Assembly: GCA_964016885.1 (NCBI GenBank)
Contig: OZ024743.1
Location: forward strand, 203,236,001 to 203,300,000
Reading direction: 5' to 3'
From: Eledone cirrhosa
Taxonomy: Eukaryota
Length of the DNA stretch: 64,000 nucleotides
Below the pieces are notes generated by a model, which worked only from the letters and a program-made list of their open reading frames with translations, searched no databases and was not told the origin of the DNA. Shown piece by piece: positions 40,011 to 54,215 of the stretch. The position numbers were made by a program, and so were the translations under genes. Each line of letters starts with the position of its first letter. Position 1 is the stretch's first letter.

Positions 40011-40779
40011 ATGTATAATAGAGAGAGAGGGGAGAGAGAGGGTGAGAGAGAGGGACAGAGAGGGAGAGAGAAAGCGCGCAATTTCTGTTATCCACTATGA
40101 ACTATCTCATCCCATTCGCTATTATAATATTTTCTCAGTTTCATTATCCTTTTCTCTTTCTTTTCTTCTTACTGTCTCGTTTTCCTTAGTTGTTCTCATT
40201 ATTACAAAATCATCTTGGTGAATAGCCAACGAATACAAATAATTCAATATAAAATGGAGAGTTTAGAACAGTTTTGTTGTTGTTGTTGTTTTTTTTTTTA
40301 TAATTGTACCTATTACCTTTCGACACACTTATTTCAGGCTGGAACATTTCGTCTGGTAGAAAAATAGAGACGAGATTGCGTAGAATGGAGCAGTAATAAT
40401 TTGAGTTGGGCATTGGGGGTTCTTGATTTTGTTTTGGGGTAGGACTGCTTGTTTAGTCACCTCCACTAGGATGTTATCGCATATAGACTTACTTCCCCTT
40501 AGACATAATATTTTGGATAAGCAGACGAATTTATCTCCAGCGTCTATAATTATGTTATGTATTTTAATTCTCTCTCTCTCTATTTATCTCCGGTTACTCA
40601 TATACATACATATGCTTTTCGTGTTTCCCTTTTTGGTATGTTCTCTGCGTCTTTTTTTTTCCTTATTTCTTTCTTTTACCCTTTTGTTATATTTTTTCTT
40701 TCTCTCCTTTTCCCCCCAATACTTTCCTATAGTTATTGACACACTGCACCTAGCCATAATTCTTTAATGCGTAGAAATG

Positions 40780-42220
40780 TCCATGATCTCCAGCATATAT
40801 ATACACTCACTCACACTATTCACACACCCTACTACTACAACTAACCGCCACTACACATCCACATCCGACCACCCCACCACTAATAATACTAAACATCACC
40901 CAACCCACCTAGCCCCTCACAACGCGCACACGTACACACACCAACATATATACACTCACCCACATCTACGTACTCACCGATACACAACCTACAACACACC
41001 CGCACTACCACCACTAATCCCCACCCATACACACGTATTCGACCACCACCACTAATAATACTAACACCCATCCTACCACAAACACGCAATCATACCCAAA
41101 CACGCACACACACACCAGTATATCACACTCACTCATACAGAACCCAGCACCTCCTTTCTCCCCTCCCCGTCTACCCCCCCTCCCCCCACACACACATCCT
41201 ACTAACACCTACACTAATATACACTCAACCCCCTACACACACCTCCACCCTCTCCCTCTACTTTTCACTCTAACCCACCTCCTCTCTTGTCCACCGCACC
41301 TCCGCACACACATATAGGCTACACCTTACCACTACCACTCGCCGGTCTGTCCCTTACCTTGCAATCTCCTCTCTCTCTCGCATCCTTCGCCCTGCCTTCC
41401 CCCACCCCTGCCTTGACCTTCTTGACCACTTCCTGTTGCACATGCCCCATAACTTTCTCTTCCTCTTCACCAATTCCACGGATCCTACACCGCTGGTCAC
41501 TCTCTCTCTCTGGATATCTAGCCGATAGCATCCGGTTTTTTCACCATCCTACCACACAATCACCAGAAAAACATTCAGGAACACACAAACACACAAACAC
41601 TTACAACATTTTCGCACACACGCAACCATACAATCCCACGTATCCACACCACACAAAACACACACACACACGCGTGCCTATCCTCACGTACACCTACTCT
41701 GCCTCCGGACTCTGCATGCCCCCTCTCCTCCACCCTCTCCGACCCCTATCCATTCACACGCACACACACATACCTACACCCCACCCCTTGTACACACTGG
41801 TTTTCTTATTACCCAAGCATGGAACCTCGTTCTTCCCCAAACTCTCACACTCACATCCAAGCACACACACACACGTATACCTACACACATACACACACCA
41901 CCACCTTCTGGCCTCCCCACTCGGACCCCCTGTTTCCTCCCTCGCCTCCATCCACCCACCACCACCTCTACACGCCTCACACCCTTTCACCACTTGTTTT
42001 TATTTTAATATTTTTTCCCTCATTTTAATTTTTTTCCCCCTTTTTAATGTCTTTCCACCACTCCCCGTCACACTCCTCGAACTCTTTTCCTTCCTTGCTT
42101 TCTTCTGGTGAAGGGCTTATGCCTGAAACGCCCCCCCCCCCCCAACTCTCAAGCGTGAATCTAATACCAACACTGTTCGTACTGCACACTTTGTAATTGT
42201 TTTGTTTTTTACTTATATAT
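40780..42220 (+). mobile_element. C/A-rich PLE-type 3' UTR ending in HHR motif
   Basis: CTGGTGA-AGGGCTTATGCCT-GAAACG at 42105-42130; downstream tail homologous to 48480-48610 (-). The 5' boundary is uncertain. Confidence 0.55.
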
Positions 42221-42323
42221 ACGTGTATATAAATGTAATCTGAGTTTTTCGAATATTAATAACATTCGATTCGTTTGCAATTTTGCAAACAAGCCTCAAT
42301 TTTATAGCCATGTCAGTAGAATG

Positions 42324-42373
<50 letters not shown>

Positions 42374-42375
<2 letters not shown>

Positions 42376-42560
42376 TTGTTTCTACTTTTGGCATAAGGCC
42401 ATCAATTACCCAGTACATTACTGGTACTTTATTTTATCGACCCTGTAAGGATGAAAGGCAAAGTTAACCTCGGCGGGATTTGAACTGAGACCGCAAAGGG
42501 ACGTAACTAAGCTGGAAAGCATGGCGTCCGACCCTCTACCGATACTGCCAATCTACCGCC
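42374..42560 (-). mobile_element. Full-length SINE
   Basis: GGCGGTAGATTGGCAGTATCGG head through tail; TATATATTAAT duplicated at the flanks. Confidence 0.92.
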
Positions 42561-42826
42561 CTTATATATATATATATTAATAAAAGGAATTCCAACTTTG
42601 TCTGATTTACTCGTTTTATTTACAATCCTTTGAAATGTATAATGGTATTAGAATGAAATAGTATGGTAGAATATTAAATGTTAAGTGTTAATTGAACAAG
42701 TACTTTCATGCTTTCGCAATCTTCAGGTTCATATTCTGTGGTGACAGTCAAGTTTGCAATTTTCAACTGTAATGAGACGGGTACATTTTGTGCCTTATAT
42801 ACAGTGAAAAGCGACTACAGGCTAAA

Positions 42827-42860
<34 letters not shown>

Positions 42861-43301
42861 TGTGTGTGTGTATGTGTGAGAGAGAGTGTGAGTGTGTGTA
42901 TATATATGTGTGAATGTGTGTATTATTGATGAAAATGTAAAAATTTGCTTCAAAAAGTGAACGATATACTCTGGTCATGACGGCATTAGGAAACCATACA
43001 TAATAAGTAATTTCTCATCGCTGACATATCAGGAGCAACAACTGATACATACACACACGTTACATATAAATATATATGTATATACATATATGCGTGTGTC
43101 CGTGTGTGAGGGCGAGTGTGAGTGTCTGTGCGGGTGAGTGTATATATATATATGTGTGCGTGTGTATATATTGTATCTTTATTCCTATGAGTTAATACAT
43201 TCATAGAAGCACTTCAAGAAGACATAGCAGCAACAGTGTCATTAAGCGAACACTTCACCTTTGTCTAACTCAATATATGTTACTTTGGTCAAGCAACAAA
43301 C

Positions 43302-43388
<87 letters not shown>

Positions 43389-43427
43389 CTGGTGGTGGTG
43401 GTGGTATTAGTAGCAGTAGTAACAGTT

Positions 43428-43483
<56 letters not shown>
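43302..43483. repeat. (TAG)n microsatellite, interrupted
   Basis: Direct observation. Confidence 0.97.
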
Positions 43484-43484
<1 letters not shown>

Positions 43485-43664
43485 TATTTAGTAATGATAT
43501 TTACGAAGACCAAAATCCGAAGAGGGTTCGATAAACATTATATGTCAGGTGATGGCAGAAATTTGTGTCTTAAAATTTATTCTTCACTACTAATAAATAA
43601 ATATATGTGTATCTGTGGGGGTGTTTGTGTGTATGTGTGTGAGTGTGTATGTGCATGTTGTAAT

Positions 43665-43716
<52 letters not shown>

Positions 43717-44029
43717 GAGTGAGAGAGAGAAAGAGAGAGAGAGATCAAATAAATTTTAGTGATTCAAAAACATGCAAAGACTATTAAGTTCACTTTACAT
43801 TTATCCTTGAGTTCTTCGTCATATTTTTCGTCACATTGTTTGTAACCTGGTCACTCTACATTTCTATTGTAACGAACAGAGCAACGAAAGTTTTGATCTC
43901 GAAAAATCAACTATAAATGTGAAGTCATCAGTTCTTGTGTGGTTTTGAATGAATAAAGTTACTCTTCCATGCTGTAATAACTTTACATTCAACGCAGTCT
44001 CAGACCAAATCACTTGCCAAATATCTGAG

Positions 44030-44216
44030 TGTCCCGAATCTTCCAGATCGTAATTTTTCGGTCGTATGGTTGATTTTAGACATGTTCTATGTGTGTCGGT
44101 ATTTTAACGATAGTTATAGCTCTGATTTATCTGAATTATTGAGCCCTCTGCCGCTCATTTCGAATTTTGTTTATCGTGAACTCGTGCGCCGATTTTTCGA
44201 TACTCGATTATTCTAC

Positions 44217-44220
<4 letters not shown>
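44030..44220 (+). mobile_element. Diverged 3' fragment of the 616-bp repeat family
   Basis: Approximate reverse complement of 56834-57020 (GTGAACTCGTGCGCCGATTTTTCGATACTCGAT), ending in (TA)n. Confidence 0.8.
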
Positions 44221-44247
<27 letters not shown>

Positions 44248-44281
44248 TGGGGGGGGGGGGTATTATGTAAGTAACTTGTCA

Positions 44282-44317
<36 letters not shown>

Positions 44318-44378
44318 GCATATATACATATATGAGGAGGTGTATGTGTTTATGTTATTGTTGTTTGTGTATGTGCAT

Positions 44379-44414
<36 letters not shown>

Positions 44415-45159
44415 CTATATACATATATGTATATATATATGTGTGTGGGTGTGTGAGAGAGGGAGAGAGAGAGTGAGAGGGAGGGAAACTACGTGTATAT
44501 ATACTATATTTTTGTATTGTACTTATTCAATTTTCGATAATTTACAAATGGCGTGTTGACACGCATGTATATTATATATTATCAGATAAGGCAACGTTAG
44601 AACGTCTTCCATTTTATTTATAGTCGTTTTGTGGGATTTCTTCCCACGTTCTTCTTTACCATTCTTCCGTGTGTCTTTATTCAAAAGAAGCCATCTTAAG
44701 ATTATATATATATGCAGTATATATATATGTAATTTGTTCATATATTATTGTTATCCCTCTTCCTTTGACTATTTGCTGAACCAGAAATACCAAATAAATA
44801 ACAGTAAAATTCTAGATATTTGCAGAGATTTTTTTTACAATTTTAGAAAGAATCTTTGCAAACTTCTTCAAATTCGTGTGAAATGAAATTAATGTTCGTT
44901 AACAAAATTTTTACCTAATCTGCCATAATTTAAGCTTTTTCATAAAGACTCTAAAAAGAAAGACTCTTTTAAAAGAAAATGAAAACAGAAACTCTCGACG
45001 TGATGGCACCACATGCTAGGAATAGCAACTAATTCATCCTCGAGTCTCAGTCTACAGGTTTTGAATAGAAGAGAACACAGACATTGGTATACGAGAAGAC
45101 GACAAGTCGATAGCGTAGCTTTTCTCAGCTAAACTAAATGCCAGGGCCAACAGGAGTGC

Positions 45160-45333
45160 TCGGTAGAGTGTCAGGCAGAATGCTTTCCAGCATAGAGTTT
45201 CGGCTCTTTATGATCTGAGTTCAAATCCCGCCGAGTTTAACTTTGTCTTTCATCCTTACGGGGTTGATAAAATAAAGTACCAGTAATGCACTGGGTAATT
45301 GCTGGCCTTGTGTCTAAAGTAGAAACAATTATT
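45160..45333 (+). mobile_element. SINE
   Basis: B box, core and tail. Confidence 0.88.
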
Positions 45334-45599
45334 ATTAACCGTGTTATTCCGTCTGTCAAGACGTCTGTGCACATCGGTCAGCAAGTTTTGTTAATTCTCA
45401 TGTGTTTATATAATATTCATTGTTATATTTTTTATCATAAACTGTCAATAGGGCACCACACATTGCCCTCTGAAAATGAGACTTCATAATATTTGAGCCT
45501 TTGGCCAATATACTTAAACTTTATTTTTATTTGTCATGCCTACAAGCGTAAAACAATTGAGGAGATACGCTCTACTTACAACCAAAGCGGCCAAAAATC

Positions 45600-46990
45600 C
45601 AAGTTGCGTGACTGTTTCCTTAATTCTCTGTGTAATTTCTTAGTATCAGTTTTAAATATTTTATTTTATCTGTAAAATTTGTTTCTCTTTTCATATATGC
45701 GTCAGCGTTGGGCTTTAACCTGAAAGTTTTGCTTCACCATCTCTTCTCATCTCAAGACTTAATTCGTGTTTATTAGATTGTACTTTCGTTTCAACTAAAT
45801 AACGATTCTCATTGTTACATTATTTCCTTTGGTGAGTTCGTCTAAGATCGATAATTCACCTCGGAAGCTCTCAATTTCCTTCTTTATGCACTCCTTCCAC
45901 CTTGGCTGTTTGTATGCTTTTTTGGAAGACATTTTTTCTTTATTTTGATGACTATTTTCTTTATGACCGCAATGGATATTGAGGATATAAGATAGAGTAA
46001 TGAAGTTAAATCTGTCTCAGATGAGAAGATACTTCAGGGCATAGTAGTATATTTTGAACGTAAAGCTATTTGAGTTGGTGTTCTGAAACTTTGGTAATTG
46101 ATTTCTCCCATTCATTTGTAGATGTTTAGAAATGCCAAACTCCCTCGAGATATCTTGTTTGCCTCAAGAATTTCTTTATTAGCTTCAGCAAATGCGTTAG
46201 CAATTGCTAGGCTCAGGTTCATTCCTAACTTCTGTTACCTCAGTTTCTACTTGACCATCTACTACTTCAGATTATTAGGTGCCTACATCAACATTATGCG
46301 CAGTAGTGACTCTATCAATAGGTTGAATAATGTTTCCTGTTCATTATCCCCAGTGTCTGCATCATATACTTCAGCCCGATTTTCTCTGATTATAGCGACA
46401 ATATGTTTTATTGTTTCTAATTCTGCGGCTGTAAGATGGTTGTTACGCATGATTTCTCTGCGAAGGTTGACTAGTTTGTTTGCATAAATATAATCACAGG
46501 TATCGTCTCTTATCACTTCTCTCTAAATCCCAACTCACTTTTTATTATGTCCTGGTTTGTTCAATGATGTGTAGAATGCTGTCAAGACTTGTTCATATTC
46601 CTCTCTTGCCCATCTATTTTTAGTCGTTCTTTTGAGGTTTTTGTTATATAGTGTTTGCCTTAAGATATCAGGGTTAATTTTTCGGTTCTGATTTCCCACA
46701 AGAACATTTTCAGAGAAGTTCGTTCCAGTCAACTTTTCGACCCCAGGTTGGTTCCTCCTTGAGAAACGCGATCCTTGCTGAACCACCCGATAGACGATGC
46801 GGTATAATTTGGTTTTAGTCTGAATTTTATATGAAAAATCCATTTTAACTTTACTGACCCATGGATGAGTGAGATCCTCGCACAGAGGCAATGGGAAATC
46901 AAGCGATAGCATTTTGATTTTCAGTTCACTAAAATTCACTTTGGCTTTTAATGATCTTTGGAATTGTATAAGTATCACACCGAAAATATA
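45600..46990 (-). pseudogene. Decayed N-terminal region of an R4/Dong-like non-LTR retrotransposon
   Basis: RWAREEYEQVLTAFY, KLVNLRREIMRNNHLTAAELETIK, and (manual translation) VKQNFQVKAQR*RIYEKRNKFYR*NKIFKTDTKKLHREL match pre-RT motifs of this clade as I recall them. Confidence 0.65.
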
Positions 46991-47234
46991 TTCTCCGCGC
47001 TTAATTCCCTGTCTTTTTTACTCAATCAAAATCGAACCGATGATAAGTATGTATGTATCTATGGATGAATGTATAAATGAGTGTTTGTACCTTATTGTGT
47101 GCTGGGGATTATGTATGTCCCAGTGTATTTGTGGTTCTTATATAGTTTATGTGAACTTGTGTGTATGTAATTATTGTGGTGGCCATATGCATATAGGAGT
47201 GTGTATATATACATATATATATATGTATATATAT

Positions 47235-47375
47235 AACGAAGGATTTGTGGTAAGGAACCAGATTGACCATAACGCACCAGAGTACTCAATACTTAGGGTA
47301 GTGGAGTGGGTAATAGGAGAAAGTATGACCGGACAGCAGAGCTCAAGCCGTTTCGACCGCAATTTCTGGACTAAA
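47235..47375 (-). mobile_element. Family C terminal repeat
   Basis: GTGGTAAGGAACC...GACCATAACGCACC.GAGTACTC shared with 58771 and 61400-61480. Confidence 0.8.
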
Positions 47376-47538
47376 AAAACGGTTGGGAGTTTAAATACAT
47401 ATGTGCATAAGATGCATATCTATATGCGATGTTCATTCCATTCCAGTTAAAAGCGGTTTCCTTTGCCACATTCTTCCTACATAGTGAGCAATTCATGTAT
47501 ATGCATCGATATGTGTATGTTTCTGTATATATACTTAC

Positions 47539-47575
<37 letters not shown>

Positions 47576-47722
47576 CATATATGTGTATATATGTATGTAT
47601 ATGCATGCATTTGTTATGTATATGCATACATTTCATTTTAATTATACACACATATATATATATATATGTATATATATATGTATATATATATATATATGTC
47701 TATATGTATATATATATATATA

Positions 47723-48372
47723 ACGGCGATGAATTAGTTTTGCGAGGTTTTTGATATGAAGTCGTGTGTCGAAACAAATATTGTTTACTTGGGGAGGGTC
47801 ATAGTTGTAATATTGCCAGAATTACTAACAGAACACACTCACTGTTTGGTTGGTTTCCGCTTTTCGCTTCTGTGTCTTTTATATCGGTAATTTAATTTAT
47901 TCGGTCCTCAACGTTGCCATTGACTGACCAACGGTCAAAAATACAGATACAATATAGACACAAACACATATATATAGTTTATCAAAGTTCTTTCGTTGCA
48001 CATCTGCAATAATCGTCAGTGGTGCTATTGTTTCCTCCCGTTGCATTGTATTTTCCACGCCATCTTTATTTATTTATAAATAAAGATGGCGTAGAAAATA
48101 CAATGCAATGGGAGGAAACAATAGCACCACTGACGATTATTGCAGATGTGCAACGAAAGAACTTTGATAAACTATATATATGTGTTTGTGTCTATATTGT
48201 ATCTGTATTTTTGACCGTTGGTCAGTCAATGGCAACGTTGAGGACCGAATAAATTAAATTACCGATATAAAAGACACAGAAGCGAAAAGCGAAAACCAAC
48301 CAAACAGTGAGTGTGTTCTGTTATTAATTCTGGCAATATTACACAAATATGACCCTCCCCAAGTATAACAAT
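47723..48372. mobile_element. Family A foldback: ~297-bp arms, 2-nt spacer, two divergent HHRs
   Basis: Centre CATCTTTATTTAT-TT-ATAAATAAAGATG (48061-48088); HHR at 47981-48023 (-) and 48126-48168 (+). Confidence 0.92.
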
Positions 48373-48390
48373 ATATATATATATACATAC

Positions 48391-48483
<93 letters not shown>

Positions 48484-48571
48484 GGAAAAATTTGAACAGG
48501 AACAAAACAGAGAGGCAGTACAACGAATGTTTATTAATTTCACGCTCTGGAGAATGGGGTGGTGGTGGGGA

Positions 48572-48604
48572 ACGACGTTTCGGGCATAAGCCCTTCCTCA
48601 GGTG
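48572..48604 (-). ncRNA. Minimal hammerhead ribozyme in a PLE-type terminal repeat (48480-48850)
   Basis: CTGAGGA-A[GGGC TTAT GCCC]-GAAA-CG-TC; stem I weak. Confidence 0.72.
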
Positions 48605-49481
48605 AGAAGTGTGTGGGAACAGAGTTCAAAGGGTGTGTAGGGGAGTGGTGGAGAGACATATAGCGAAAGGAAACGGTGCGAATGAAATTAAAAATAAAAA
48701 TAAAAATAAAGCATGATCAAAATACAAGGAATGAAATAAAATTAAATATAGGCAATCATGAACAAAAAATCATAGAAATAAAATTGTAAGAACACAGGCA
48801 AAGTATCATATACGGAAATAAACAAGTACAGTAACAAAATCAACATATATATATATAATGTGTGTGTGTGTGTGTAGTTATATGCATAAATAAATATGTG
48901 TGTTGAATGCTTGCTCGCCTTATTAGTTGAAACCCCTTTATTTCCTTAATTAATTTAAACACTTAAAATATTTATGTATTCATAAACTCATTAATGTTCA
49001 TTCTTGTCAGATGTAAAATAATGGGTTATTAAAATAATTATATAAGTGATCTAAATATTTCAAGTCAAGCTCTGTACTTGCCAATTATATTATATAACTT
49101 TGAATGATTTTATGTGTGGTTTTATATTCACATGTATTTAAACTTCTTTTGATGTTTTACCCAGTCTAGGCAGTATCTGTGGGATGGGATATAAAACAGA
49201 CTCGTTTCATTGTTATTTAAGAAATCATTATAATTTGTTAAACGCAATGTCACAAACCTCTGATGATACCACCAGAAGGTTATTTATTGCAATATAAACA
49301 AAATTAATATCTAGCGCCATAAATTTATATAAAAATACAATACTGTAACGATACAACAAGCGTTATGAATAGAAATATATACATATTTATATGCATATTA
49401 ATATAAGCAGAACAAGCAAAATTCAACCAATTTTTTAAAATAAATTAAAAAATATAATTTAAATATTTCCCTATTCTTTTG

Positions 49482-49541
49482 GCCCTTACCGATCGGTTTC
49501 CAATGGATTTCTAATGGAAAATCAAGGCTCATCAGAGAAGC
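49482..49541 (-). ncRNA. Hammerhead-like motif, stem II base decayed
   Basis: TTCT-CTGATGA-...GATTTT/GAAATC...-GAAA-CCGATCGG-TA-AGGG; perfect palindromic stem III. Confidence 0.6.
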
Positions 49542-52091
49542 ATTTTCCTTTCCTAGGGCTAAAGACCCAGGAACGATAAAATATATTGTTATCTGCCAGC
49601 TAGCACAGATCCAAAAGGCCGAAAAATGACCTGTACGTGAACTACCCGAGGTGAAAGCGGTAAAAACATAGACGTGTTGTCTATCTCGTTACTAAAAATA
49701 GCAGCTAAATAGCAGCTAAATGAGAAATTAGATAGATTGTAGAGAAAAATATCAGGTCCAGTCATGTTGCCATCTCTTATAAATATAAATATAAATATTA
49801 TTTATTTACTGCACATTGAAATAAATGATATAACTATACATGTCAGGATTATACTTTCATCTTTTCCTTCAATCTAGGTATACTCTATATATCAGATTAT
49901 TGCTCTAAACTTGTTTATTTCATGTGTATCGTTGCCTGTGCTAATCGCTTTGGACAAAATGGTTTCCGTTATAGAATCAGCCAAAATACAGAACAAAATA
50001 TTCGTTTTTCAAAATAATTCTTCTCAATTCATATTCCTACTAATAAGATTATTATCTTACAATTTTATTATTATTGGCGTGAATTTATTTATTTCAATGT
50101 ATTTATTCACATCTTCTCAACTTGTCATGTGTCAAAATTTGTAAAATATTACTTTAACAAGGTACGCATTTTAAAATTCTTCCACGTCATGAATTCAGAA
50201 CACGCCTCCATAATAAAATACTAACTGAAATTATTAATTTTTAGCTGAAATTGAGGGGACGGACGGGATGGAATTGGAAAAAATGTCTTTAGATAAAAAT
50301 AACAAGTCCATTCATGTTGACATCTCTTGCAAAACTGTTGGTGCTGGCGTTTTGTGTATGATTTATTTTTTAGAAAAGTGGATGATGGAGCGCGTCTACT
50401 TGCGTCTACGCGCATGATATATACAAAGATAACAATATAAAAATTAAATAGAAAATAGAAAACAAAATATAAGATACGAAAATATAAAACATACGCTAAA
50501 ATATATGAAATTATATATACAGTAAATTTTACATACTTTACTGTTTGCATTTATTAGGATTATATATGCCACTTGAATTATTTGTAAATTTGTATAGCTT
50601 TGTATTCAAAGGCTACTATTTCTATTTCTCTTTAACGTTAGTAGATTTGTAAGAAATATAACTAACTTTTTCACTTTGTTATAAAAATGTATTGTAATTG
50701 TGAAATATTAATGTTATTATTTTATTGTGAAGACGAATATGAAATGTGTAAATATATTACTACTAATACATCCCTTTCAACGTGAATATTAGTGTAATTA
50801 TGAAATAGTAATTGCCTTGACAAATAAGAATAAGAAATAAGTTATTTTCTTTTAAATGAGAAAAAATGTCTCTTGAAAATCCATTAGTTGCTTTTCGTGT
50901 AATTATATTTTTATATGTGATTATAACTATTTACTTTTATCTTGGCTATCTACATATAATTTTAATATATTTTTCATTTTATAAATTTTAGTTAGATACA
51001 TATGTATAACTATATACTTATGTATGTTTATTTTTCACGTAAAGTATGAGAGTAAATAGGTTCATGACGATCTGAATGTGTAAAACTTATTTAAATTTGA
51101 GATTTTCTTTCTAGCATATTAATTTTATGTATCCCATCCAATAAAAATTCTTAAGATTTGAAACATAAAACCACGAACAAAATACGAATACATACAAACC
51201 ATTGAATATATTTAGATGTATATATGAGAAAATAATTCTTAAATAATTCTTTTATAGCTATACAAATGTAAGCCAAAATATATTCTCCTCGCGTTAGTCA
51301 TATCTTTTTAATCATATAATATATTTGTATGTGGTTGAAGGCTGCGAGAAAGGAGTATTCAATACCGAAGTAGTGTTTGAATGTTCAATATTATAAAGGC
51401 TAAAAATCTCAGTTGACCCTGTGATAAACATGCGAAATTACAGAGGAACAAGATTCACTTTTCTTCTCTCCTTTCTCAAGACTATAAGCAGAAGCCAACA
51501 GTGTCTTGAAAACCAACAGACTGCTGAGGAGCAGAGGTGTGTTTTCACGCGTCGTTTCTCTTTATTTTTTTCTGTTTACTCAGTCAAGCGGTCAATCGAG
51601 CATTACTGGAATGCCCACATTGGCCGTCTGCCTTTGTCAATAAAAATAATGGTAATAGGGAAACAGTGTGTGTCAGTGAAATATATACATATACACCAGG
51701 TACGAACACAAAAAAACTTCCATTGTCACTGCCTGTATCTCTCCTGCTCTCTCCCTTCTCTCACTATTATGAGCAAACGGGGGCCAACGTGCTGGTCATC
51801 CCGCATTCTGGTGTACTGGCCGCCCGGTAGACAGAATAAAATATATGGTGTAATTTAAGATGTATTTAGCTGCTGTTTCTAGCAGCAGAAGTGAGAACAG
51901 GTCAACCAAGTACTATGTGTTATCTGATGTTTGGTTTATCCACTTCAGCATTTATTCTCATAAATATTTACAAACATTTCGTTATCTTACATCTGTGAAT
52001 TTCATTTCTGTTAGTATAAAACAAACGTCTTCTCTCCCAACCACATCCTTTTAAGAACCAACAGACCAGATCTAACATAACCAATTTTCTT

Positions 52092-52480
52092 TGATGGTGG
52101 TGGTCGTCAAAATCACGACGACGATGTCAACGACGACGAAGGCGCGGACGACGAAGGCGGCGACGGTAATGGCGATGGCGACGACGACAATGATGATGAT
52201 AATGGTGGGGGTTATGGTGTTGGTTATGGTGGTGATTAGGGTGGTGGTAGTGGTGGTGTTGGTGGTGGTGGTTGTGAAGTTGATGGTGGTGGTAGTGGTG
52301 TTGGTGGTGATGGGCGTGGTGGTGTTGGTGGTCTTGGTGATGGCATTGGTGGTGGTGGTGGTGGTTTGGTGTTTGTAGTGGTCGTAGTTTTGATGATGAT
52401 GATGATGATGATGATAATCTTCCTCCTCCTCCCCATCATCATCATCATCATCATCATCATGGTGATAATGATTATGATGA
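52092..52480. repeat. Degenerate (GAC/GAT/GGT/CAT)n triplet low-complexity tract
   Basis: Direct observation. Confidence 0.9.
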
Positions 52481-52758
52481 TATAAATGATACTGAAGCTA
52501 ATGCTGATATTATTGATGATGTGGAATTAATAAAAGTCTTTCATATGGGAATGGATGGATTGACACAGGAAATATAGTAACACAGAGTCTTATTGATGGT
52601 GGTGGTGGGGTGAGGTTTGAGAATATTTACAGTAGCAGTGGAGCGGTGATAGGTCGTGTGGTGGTGGTGGTGGTCGCCGTCGTGGAGGTGGTGGTTGTGG
52701 CGGTGGTGGCATCGTGGTGGTTGTTGGGATAGTGATGTCAGCAGAGGATATGTTGCTA

Positions 52759-52950
<192 letters not shown>

Positions 52951-54089
52951 TGATCAATTATGGTATTCAGGTATAGCCAAGATTACAGATCGTCTGGAAG
53001 TAGTCTAGATCTAGAGTCGAGTCTTGGGGATGTGGCAATGATTAGAGGGGTAGGAAACGGCGCTATTTAATTCAATTAAGCTGAAGATTTGCGTTGAAAA
53101 TATTTCTTTTCAAAGACATTTTATTTAACGCACACCAGAAATCAAAAGACATTTCATAAAACATCGTAGTTTGAAATTTGATGACATCAATAGCAAGGAA
53201 ACCATTTCGTTTAAACATATTTCTTCTCATCTATGAGAATCTTGTGAATTCACTTACAAATAAAACTTTATCTAGTAATTCCTGATTGACTTCGTTTTCA
53301 GTAACTTTAATCAATTCAATCCAATTCAGTTCAATATATTAAAATCTTTACCATGTTCTCTGGAGAGACGATGAAACGATAATCCCATCTACGTTTCATA
53401 AATGAAATTCAATAATAATTTCAAATGGCTTTTGATTTTATTTGTAATTCTATTTTTATTTATATTTCACTTTAAATTTACAGTCAGTTTGACTTTCACT
53501 TTTACTTTAAATTCTTTCCGTTTTGTGATTGTGAGTAAATTGACAGTCAGCATAACGAGACTACTTGAAAAACTTTACATGATAATGGAGTCGGATAGAG
53601 AAAGGGGATTGGGAATAACAGAGGATGATCATGATTATTAGCCACACACGGCTCACATTTAGGTATCATTGATGACGGTACGGGATAATGCAGTGTGGGA
53701 TTCATTTTGTGTACAATAACATTCATAACAGATAACTTCAACAAAAAATATGCTGCTTAGATGACATATACTCTCACACACACGATAATAAGGAACAAAT
53801 ACACTCCAAGAACAAATAAAAGTTAAGGAAGCTTCAAATAGAAAACTAAGGAAAATCAAGCGAACTAGCTTGAAATAAAACATACACTATTGAAAACTGA
53901 ATCAAACACGGCCATGGACAAATCAGTTACCCAACAAATAACACTACTGGACGGGCTAGGATGTTAGATGAATTTCCCATGATAATGAAGGGAAAATAAT
54001 GATTCGCAATGTATTTCTTCCTCTTAAATGGTTAACTCCGAATAGATAGGTCGATGTCTTATTAATAACAACCCAAAATAATATTAATA

Positions 54090-54215
54090 ATAATTGTTTA
54101 TACTATAGGTACAAGGCCAACAATTTTGTAGGAGGTGAAAGTCGATTACATCGACCCAAGTGCGTGACTGGTCCTTTATTTTATCGACACCATAAGGATG
54201 AAATGCAAAGCTAAC
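54090..54215 (-). mobile_element. Diverged SINE fragment (long subfamily)
   Basis: Core and tail on the minus strand. Confidence 0.75.

Noticed and set aside
41287-42111. 274-aa ORF
   Set aside because: C/A-rich low-complexity UTR-like sequence with no recognisable domain.
43277-43787. Poly-Ser/Thr/Val ORFs
   Set aside because: (TAG)n and (GA)n repeats.
49256-49281. CTGATGA motif
   Set aside because: No GAAA box or stem III follows; it is a simple hairpin.
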